From NCBI RefSeq assembly GCF_006345805.1, contig NW_021829066.1, positions 1 to 6,985 of the forward strand: a DNA stretch of 6,985 nucleotides. Direction: 5' to 3'. Position numbers and translations under genes: made by a program. The notes under the pieces are model-generated. The model saw only the letters and a list, made by a program, of their open reading frames with translations, ran no database searches and had not been told where the DNA came from. Below, piece by piece: positions 1 through 6,535 of the stretch (its first letter is position 1; each line of letters starts with the position of its first letter). Source of the DNA: Octopus sinensis. Lineage: Eukaryota.

Positions 1-38
1 TATAATATAGCAGCATTTTCGAACTTCATTTTTTACAA

Positions 39-85
<47 letters not shown>
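39..85. repeat. (TA)n microsatellite
   Basis: Near-perfect TA dinucleotide run. Confidence 0.97.
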
Positions 86-310
86 CAGATACATTATATG
101 TATACATTATCTTTTATCTTTTACTTGTTTCATTCATTAGATTAGAGCGCGGCCATGCTGGTGCACCACCTTGAATAATTTGTTTTAGTCGAATGAATCG
201 ACCCCATTCCTAAGCGTAGTACTTATTCTATTGGTCTCTTTGTCGAACCGCTAATGTTGCGAGAGCATAAATACACCAGCATCGGTTGTCAAGCGGTGGT
301 GGCGAACAAA

Positions 311-521
311 TACACACACATATATATAATATATATATATATATATTATATATATATATATATATGGGTGTTGTTGTGGGTGTGTATGTGTATATATGTA
401 TGTGTATATATGTATATATATATATATATATGATTGATTGATTGATTCTAGTTTCAGCTCATGAGCTGTGGCCATGCTGGGGCATATATATATATATTTA
501 TATATATTTATATATATATAT

Positions 522-580
<59 letters not shown>
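311..580. repeat. Compound (CA)/(TA)/(TG)n microsatellite inside the family-A SINE
   Basis: Dinucleotide runs at the position where other family-A copies (about 3716-3758 and 6470-6550) also carry a TA/TG tract; interrupted by a 53-bp insert at 432-484. Confidence 0.95.
432..484 (-). mobile_element. Very short 3'-end fragment of a LINE or SINE sharing the family-A tail, ending in (AATC)n
   Basis: Minus strand reads tgccccagcatggccacagctcatgagctgaaactagaatcaatcaatcaatc, similar to the family-A end (gctccagcatggccgcagtcaaatgactgaaacaag) but with a different terminal repeat. TA runs flank both sides. Confidence 0.75.
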
Positions 581-963
581 GTACGACGGGCTTTTATTTC
601 AGTTTCCGTCTAGAAAATCAACTTAAAAGGATTTGTTCGGTTCCGAGAGTAAAAGACACTTGCCAAAGTGCCACGTAGTGGGACTGAACTCGGAACCATG
701 TGGTTTGAAAGCAATCTTCTTACTACACGGTAGCAGAGACTTTAAAAAAAAAAAAAATTCTGTTGTCGATTTGTTCGTCAAATAATCTTTCAATCTTGCA
801 GGGTGGTACCCCTCTATATCCCGCCCCCTCCCCCTGGCTGAAACAAGCAACAGTTAAAAAATGGATAAGAAGAAAATGAGGAAAAGAAAGAATAGAAGTA
901 AGGTGCTCAGAGTATATCTAGATATTGAAATTCCGACTGATTTTTATTCGGGATAAATTGCTC

Positions 964-1506
964 AAGGCAGCAAGCTGTGGAAGCGCAATGGCTCAGTGGT
1001 TAGGGCAGCGGACTCGCGATCGGAGGATAGCGGTTTCGATTCCTAGACTGGGCGTTGTGTGTGTTTATTGAGCGAAAACACCCAAAAGTTCCACGAGGCT
1101 CCGACAAGGGGTGGTGGCGACCCCTGTTGTACTCTTTCGCCACAACTTTCTCTCACTCTCTCTTCCTGTTTCTTGAGTAACGCTGCGATGGACTGGCGTC
1201 CCGTCCAGCTGGGGGGAACACATACGCCACAGAAACTGGGAAACCGGGCCCATGAGCCTGGCCAGGCTTGAAAAGGGCGCATAAAAAAAAAAAAAAAAGG
1301 TGGCAAGGTGGCAGAATTATTAGCACGCCGGGAAATATGCTAAGCAGCATTTCATCCGTCTTTACTTTCTGAGTTCAAATTCCACCGTGGCCGACTTTGC
1401 CTCGAGTTCGATTAAATTAATACGAGTTGGACATTAGGGTTGATGTAATCGACTCATCAATTCCCTGAAATTGCTGGCCTTGTACCAAAATTTGAAACTG
1501 TTATTA
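964..1506 (+). mobile_element. SINE family B copy, interrupted near its 5' end by a family-C SINE (body at 1297-1506)
   Basis: 1297-1506 matches the reverse complement of 2306-2519 and 3125-3358: aaggtggcaaggtggcagaattattagcacgccggg, B-box-like GTTCAAATTCC at 1373-1383, gatgtaatcgact, tail ctggccttgtaccaaaatttgaaac. The first 14 bp are duplicated at 964-977. Confidence 0.88.
978..1298 (+). mobile_element. tRNA-derived SINE, family C (tRNA-Arg-like head), full length with poly(A) tail and target-site duplication
   Basis: Pol III A-box TGGCTCAGTGG at 989-999, B-box-like GTTTCGATTCC at 1033-1043, A16 tail at 1283-1298, flanking imperfect direct repeats 964-977 and 1297-1310 (11/14 identical). 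The 3' part is related to 5776-5899. Confidence 0.9.
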
Positions 1507-1517
1507 CAAAACTGGCT

Positions 1518-1742
1518 AAGGCGGCGAACAGACATAATCGTTTGCAGTTCGTCCGTATTGTACGTTCTGTGTTCAAATTCCGCCAAGGTCGACTTTACTT
1601 TTCGTCCTTTCGCGGTGGGTAAAATTGTTACGGGGTCGATGAAAACAAGTGCCAGTTGAACACTGAACTCGATGTAATCGACTTTACCTGCTCACAAACC
1701 ACGCAATTGCTGGCCTCGTATCAAAATGTAAAACTGATAATT
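1518..1742 (+). mobile_element. SINE family B copy, diverged, in tandem behind the previous copy
   Basis: aaggcggcg head, gttcaaattccgccaaggtcgacttt, ggggtcgat, gatgtaatcgact, tail ctggcctcgtatcaaaatgtaaaac. Confidence 0.88.
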
Positions 1743-2305
1743 TTGCTTCTCCTACCTTCATTGTCCAGGTAAAACTAAAAGAGGTGAAACTCTTACTCAA
1801 GTTAGATAAAGAACGAACAAGTATTAAAAAAAGCCAGAAAATGTAAGAAGGAAGAAAAAAAATAAAACACTGAAGAAAGAAGCACAAAAACAACCTGACA
1901 CCAGCCCCAGTATTATACAAGATAAATATTAAGCTGTACAAATGATAAATTGCTTCGTTTCAATATCAAAATCTTTTTCTCGTTTTCCTTAGCTTTTGTT
2001 TTGGTATGAAGAAATAAAAGATACATTAAATGTTCCTATTTACGAAACACATAAATAGAATGAGAACTGGCTGGCTGGTTGAAGAGATAAGCTTTTTCCC
2101 TTTGATCTTCAGGCTGTAAATATAAACCATTACATGATTTTGGTGTTTCAGGCATATGTCTAAGAGAACACGTGTTAGAGATAAGCGAAATTCCCATTAT
2201 TATTGGCATTCTCATTACGTATAGGCATCGAGTTGATAGCATACGTAGGCTCCTCGTTCTTCCGTGTTCTAATCTCGGAAAAGTCAACTTTCCTTGAGTT
2301 TCATA

Positions 2306-2519
2306 TTCTTTTCTACTCTAAGCACAAGGCCCGACATTTTTGGGGAGGGGCCTAGTCGTTTAGATCAGCACCAGTACACAACTGGTACTTAATTTATCGA
2401 CCCGAAAGGATGAAAAGCAAAGTCGACCACGCAGAATTTGAACTCAGAACGTAAAGACAGACGAAATACCGCTAAACACTTCGCTTGGCATGCTAACGTT
2501 TCTGTCAGCTTGCCGCCTT
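2306..2519 (-). mobile_element. SINE family B copy, full length
   Basis: Minus strand starts aaggcggcaagctgacagaaacgttagcatgcc, contains gagttcaaattc and ttcatcctttcgggtcgataaattaagtaccag, and ends gccttgtgcttagagtagaaaagaa. Confidence 0.92.
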
Positions 2520-2527
2520 GGTTGAGT

Positions 2528-2746
2528 CTTATTTTTTTTTATACTCTAGGCACAAGGCACGACATTTTTGGGGAGGGGCCTAGTCGTTTAGATCGACCCC
2601 AGTGCGTAACTGGTACTTATTTAATCGACCCCGAAAGCATGGAAGGCAAAGTCGACCTCGGCGGAATTTGAACTCAGAACATAAAGAAAGACGAAGGTCG
2701 CTAAGCATTTCAACCGCCGCGCTAACGATTCCACCAACACACCTCT
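2528..2746 (-). mobile_element. SINE family B copy, tandem neighbour of 2306-2519
   Basis: Same order of motifs (gtcgacctcggcggaatttgaactcagaac on the + strand); the head at 2700-2746 is more diverged. Confidence 0.92.
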
Positions 2747-2769
2747 GAATCAAGAATGGAATGAAATAA

Positions 2770-3358
2770 TCTTTTCTGCTATAAGCACGAAGCCTGAAAT
2801 TTGGAGGGTGGGTGTGAGGATAGTCGACTACATCGACCCTAGTACTCAACTGGTACTTCATTTATCGACCCCAAAAGGATGAATGGCAAAGTCGACCTCG
2901 GCGAAATTTGAGCTGAGAACGTAGCGACGGTCGAAATACCTATTTCTTTACTACCTACAAGGGGCTAAACACAGAGGAGACAAACAAGGACAGACAAACG
3001 GATTAAGTCGATTACATCGACCCCACTGAGTAACTGGTACTTAGTTTATCGACCCCGAAAGGATGAAAGGCAAAGTCGACCTCGGCGGATTTTGAACTCA
3101 GAACGTAAAGATAGCCGAAATACCTATTTCTTTACCACTCACAAGGGGCTAAACGCAGAGAGGACAAACAAGGACAGACAAACGGATGAAGTCGATTATA
3201 TCGACCCCAGTGCGTAACTGGTACTTATTTAATCGCCCCCGAGAGGGATGAAAAGCAAAGTCGACCTCGGCGGAATTTGAACTTAGAACGTAACGGCAGA
3301 CGAAATACGGCTACGCACTTCGCCCGGCGTGCTAACGTTTCTGCCAGCTCGCCGCCTT
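2770..3358 (-). mobile_element. Composite family-B SINE: one head followed by three tandem bodies (~184-bp period)
   Basis: Single head at 3310-3358. The junction motif cgaaatac recurs at 2932, 3116 and 3301. Units 2941-3124 and 3125-3309 share an alternative tail (tatttcttta...caaggggctaaac...gacaaacaaggacagacaaacgga on +). The last unit (2770-2940) has the ordinary tail. Confidence 0.92.
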
Positions 3359-3557
3359 GTTTGGGTCTCATATTGATAAAATAACATAAGTATTCACTTA
3401 ATGGTTTTTCGACTCTATTCTCCTTGAAAAGGAGCTTCTTACTTCGGCAAAATAAATAATCACTGAACAAGCGATAACAATTAATATGACGTAGAAAATA
3501 ACTCTAACTAACTACGAACTGATAATAGCAAATAGAGATATATACTTTTGATGTTAA

Positions 3558-3990
3558 GGGAGGCTTGGAAGTGCAGTAAGACGTCTGCTTCCTGATCATA
3601 TGGTTCCGGGTTCAGTCCCACTGTGTGGCACCTTGGACAAGTTTATTCTATTACAGTTTTGCGCTGACCAAATCTTTGTAAGTGGATTTGACTGAAAACT
3701 GAAAGAAGCTCATCGTATATACATATACACACACAGACATATATATGTGTGTGTGTATCTGAATGTTGTCTGTGTGTCTTCGTGTTTGTCCTTCCTTGCC
3801 GCTTGACAACCGTTGCTGGTTTGTTTATGTTCATATAACTTAGAGGTTCTACACAAAAGATCGATAGAATAAGTACCTGACTTCAAAAAGAAATTAAGTA
3901 CTAGTGGGGATGGGGATCGATGTTTTCCTTTAAAATGGTCATGGTGGTGCTCCAGCATGACCACAGTCTTGTGATTGAAACAAGTAAAAG
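3558..3990 (+). mobile_element. SINE family A copy, diverged, near full length
   Basis: tggttccgggttcagtcccactgtgtggcaccttgg head (3601-3636), aaactgaaagaagc, internal TA/CA tract, cgcttgacaaccg, tail gtgctccagcatgaccacagtc...gaaacaagtaaaag. Confidence 0.92.
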
Positions 3991-4089
3991 CATTGTCTCC
4001 CGAGACACGTCACATAGAGGCATACATAAGAACATGCAGGTATTGGGGTCAACGACCCTTAAGGAAAGAAAAGTCGAAGGCCGCTGGAG

Positions 4090-4255
4090 GGACAATGATT
4101 GAATCCCCTTTATGTCTGCAGAACATGTCGGTTTGTGTCTCATGCGCAGCCTTCGAAGTTTCTGTCCACAAGGGTTTTTGAATATTTGAATACCAGTATT
4201 TACGTGCCGTTATTTATAGAATTTGTAGGCTTTGCGATCTAGTCCTAACAAAGAA

Positions 4256-4304
<49 letters not shown>

Positions 4305-4435
4305 TAGAAAGTTTGTTTGGTAAAGCACGTGGGTGAATATATAAGAATAATAGTAAATGTGAAAAACGACAGAAGGCTTAAATGTTAAAAAATATATATA
4401 TTTGTGTCAAATGTCTGGAGAATATTGGAAAAATT
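4090..4435 (+). repeat. Probable third, direct and degraded copy of the unclassified unit at 5180-5756
   Basis: Colinear anchors shared with that unit: atgattgaa 4095/5303, tgcagRacat 4117/5331, tttgtaggctt 4222/5399, aatgtgaaaaa 4356/5616. Aligned by eye, with large indels and a (TA)n insert. Confidence 0.55.
4257..4302. repeat. (TA)n microsatellite
   Basis: Perfect TA run. Confidence 0.98.
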
Positions 4436-4475
4436 TTTTTCCCTTTCCTTAAAATGACATAATGACAAAATACAT

Positions 4476-4478
<3 letters not shown>

Positions 4479-4536
<58 letters not shown>
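4479..4536. repeat. (AT)n microsatellite
   Basis: Perfect AT run abutting the tail of the SINE at 4540-4863. Confidence 0.98.
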
Positions 4537-4539
<3 letters not shown>

Positions 4540-4863
4540 TACTACTCTTTTACTCTTTTTACTTGTTTCAGTCATTTGGCTGCGGCCATACTGGAGCATC
4601 GCCTTTAGTCGAGCATATCGACCCCAGGACTTATTCTTTGTAAGCCCAGCACTTATTCTACAGGTTTCTTTTGCCGAACCGCGAAGTTACGAGGACGTAA
4701 ACACGCCAGCATCGGTTGTCAAGCGATGTTGTGTGTGTGTGGGGAGGGACAAACATACATACTCACCGGCCCGAGGCTATAGTAGAAGACAAGGTACCAC
4801 GCAGTGGGACTGAAACCGGAACCATGTGGTTGGTAACCAAGCTACTTACCACACAGCCACCCC
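4540..4863 (-). mobile_element. SINE family A copy with internal deletions, sitting within a (TA)n tract
   Basis: Minus strand: gtggctgtgtggtaagtagcttgg...atggttccggtttcagtcccactgcgtgg head; tail gctccagtatggccgcagccaaatgactgaaacaagtaaaaagagtaaaagagta. The segment ggatttggtagacg...gaagctcgtcg and most of the internal TA tract seen at about 6435-6550 are missing near 4760. Confidence 0.93.
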
Positions 4864-4887
4864 TATATATATATATATATATATATC

Positions 4888-4920
<33 letters not shown>

Positions 4921-4928
4921 TATATATA

Positions 4929-4990
<62 letters not shown>

Positions 4991-5015
4991 GTATATATAT
5001 GTGTGTGTGTGTGTG
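4864..5015. repeat. Compound (TA)n/(TATG)n/(TG)n microsatellite
   Basis: Visible dinucleotide and tetranucleotide runs. Confidence 0.97.
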
Positions 5016-5229
5016 ACAAGAAAATATAAGGACACAGATCGTGTCGTATAGTCAGCTGGAGACGATGTCTCCTGGGGCTAAATTTCAGAAACATTCATCC
5101 TAAATCAGGACTGCCATGTAATGTTTGCAAACCATCTTTACTACAAAGTACTGTTACTGAATATCTCACGTTGTGAGATTTAAAAATAGTAATTTTTTAA
5201 AGAATTTCAATTGTTCTATGTTGAATTTA

Positions 5230-5237
5230 TGACGTCA
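5230..5237. promoter_or_regulatory. Perfect CRE/ATF palindrome TGACGTCA (function unproven)
   Basis: Exact consensus; lies in the 19-bp block that is identical in both inverted arms. Confidence 0.4.
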
Positions 5238-5364
5238 CAATATCGTAAACGTTTCTCCGGATTTTGCTTTCAAGATTTTTCAGTCTGTTTCCCCCTCTCA
5301 CGATGATTGAAGTCCTCGAAAATGTGTGGGTGCAGGACATCAGCCAAGCATACAAAGGCTAGTA

Positions 5365-5372
5365 TGACGTCA
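5365..5372. promoter_or_regulatory. Second perfect CRE/ATF palindrome TGACGTCA (function unproven)
   Basis: Exact consensus, 135 bp downstream of the first, in the same tatgacgtca context. Confidence 0.35.
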
Positions 5373-5775
5373 GTGTCGTCTGCGTTATGCTTTTAGCGTT
5401 TGTAGGCTTACTTTATACACCTTTGCTTTCTTAAACACCGTCTGTAAATGTTGATTGATATTATAACATACATACAAGGTGTAGACCAGTGATGAGTTTT
5501 CGTATGAGCTTTTAATTATGCATTTTCAGGAAAGAAAACCAGTGACTACCAAGCAGACATATACTTCACTCTTGATACATTTACACAGAATATTTTATTG
5601 TAAACGCGTGACTATAATGTGAAAAAGACTTTAAATTAGTATGAAATAATGGTTACTAAACTTGTAGTCACACATATGTCAACAGAAGAAAATTATGAAT
5701 GTGATAAGTCTTTTAATAAAAATATATGAAATGGTTGCAATTTAAATCTTTGAGCCACAGTTTAAGATATTTCTA

Positions 5776-5899
5776 TGTTGTGTGTTCCTTCTCGAGCCAT
5801 GCCTGGCTCATAAGGGCCAGTTTCCCGGTTTCCTTGTCGTATAGGTTCCCCATCTGGATGGGACGCCGGTCCGTCACAGGTGAGCTGCAAGAGGAAAAG
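5776..5899 (-). mobile_element. 3' fragment of a SINE related to family C
   Basis: Minus strand ctgtgacggaccggcgtcccatccagatggggaacctatacg...gaaaccgggaaactggcccttatgagccaggcatggctcgagaagg aligns with 1183-1278 (ctgcgatggactggcgtcccgtccagctggggggaacacatacg...gaaactgggaaaccgggcccatgagcctggccaggcttgaaaagg). Confidence 0.88.
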
Positions 5900-6092
5900 T
5901 TTGTGTGTTTGGCATCCACTACCGCTTGGCAACCGGTGTTGGTGTGTTTACTTCCTAGCAAAAGACACCGATAGTATGATTATCAGGCTTAAGAAAGAAT
6001 GTCTTGGAGTCGACTCATTCGACTAAAATTCCTTTAAGAGGTGCTTCAGCATGGCCGCAGTCTAATGACTGAAATAAGTTAATAATTAAAGA
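5900..6092 (+). mobile_element. 3' half of a family-A SINE (no head)
   Basis: ccgcttggcaaccggtgttggtgtgtttac ... gtcgactcattcgactaaa ... gtgcttcagcatggccgcagtctaatgactgaaataag. Confidence 0.9.
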
Positions 6093-6310
6093 GACGCTCA
6101 AAGATTTAAACAGCAACAAACTTATATACTTATTAAAATACTCACCATCTTTATATTCGCTTGACTTTTAAATGGCTAACACAGTACTTGATTAAAAGCT
6201 CATACGTTGACGGTATATAGCCATACACATTGAGCTGTTTCAGAAATCAGTGGTGCGAAAACCAAGCCCACAACACAGTAAACAACGGAAGTTGGAGCTG
6301 ACTGTATACA

Positions 6311-6486
6311 GGCGTAGGAGTTGCTGTGTGGTAAGTAGCTTGCTTACCACATGGTTCCGGGTTCAGTCCCGCTGCGTGGCACCTTGGCTAAGTGTCTTCT
6401 ACTATAGCTTCGGGCCGACCAAAGCCTTGTGAGTGGATTTGGTAGACGAAAACTGAAAGAAGCTCGTCGTATATATGTATACATAC

Positions 6487-6535
<49 letters not shown>

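Larger units (their letters stand above)
110..733 (-). mobile_element. tRNA-derived SINE, family A (octopus-type), diverged near-full-length copy with expanded internal microsatellite
   Basis: Reverse complement is colinear with the copy at 6311-6756. Head at 583-733 has the B-box GTTCAGTCC (ggactgaac at 681-689). Body and tail at 110-310 (cgcttgacaaccgatgctggtg ... ccagcatggccgc ... gaaacaagtaaaagataaaagat). The internal TA/CA tract lies at 311-580. Confidence 0.92.
5180..5756 (+). repeat. Left arm of a long, diverged inverted repeat (unclassified non-SINE unit)
   Basis: Exact inverted anchors: 5202-5210/6912-6920 (9 bp), 5226-5244/6878-6896 (19 bp), 5501-5516/6191-6206 (16 bp), 5711-5719/6130-6138 (9 bp), 5741-5755/6096-6110 (15 bp), all in nested order. 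Confidence 0.9.

Noticed and set aside
251-678. ORFs rich in YIYIYI/HTHT (also 4378-4599, 4716-5094, 6344-6574)
   Set aside because: Translations of TA/CA microsatellites, which have no stop codons; not protein-like.
811-835. TATA-like ctatat and GC-box ccgccc before a 31-codon ORF at 861-956
   Set aside because: The order and spacing are not those of a canonical promoter, and the motifs are too short to be significant alone.
978-1056. tRNA gene
   Set aside because: A and B boxes are present, but I cannot form an acceptor stem or full cloverleaf, and it continues into a SINE body with poly(A) and a TSD.
1043-1350. Four overlapping 62-87 aa ORFs
   Set aside because: All lie in the GC-richer family-C SINE; no recognisable domain.
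2036-2287. 83-aa minus-strand ORF in non-repeat DNA
   Set aside because: Non-ATG start, no recognisable motif, no convincing splice signals; length expected by chance.
2266-2295. Possible extra family-B fragment (gttctaatctcggaaaagtcaactttcctt)
   Set aside because: Resembles the B-box region but is too short and diverged to call.
2770-3358. CRISPR array or hammerhead retrozyme
   Set aside because: The ~184-bp units are homologous along their whole length, with no unique spacers and no cas genes. The hammerhead-like cggatga plus hairpin at 3183-3205 lacks CUGANGA and the following GAAA.
5227-5340. 37-aa minus-strand ORF MSCTHTFSRTSIIVRGGNRLKNLESKIRRNVYDIVTS inside the left arm
   Set aside because: The mirror copy (about 6813-6895) has two in-frame stops, and mismatches between the arms show no third-position bias.
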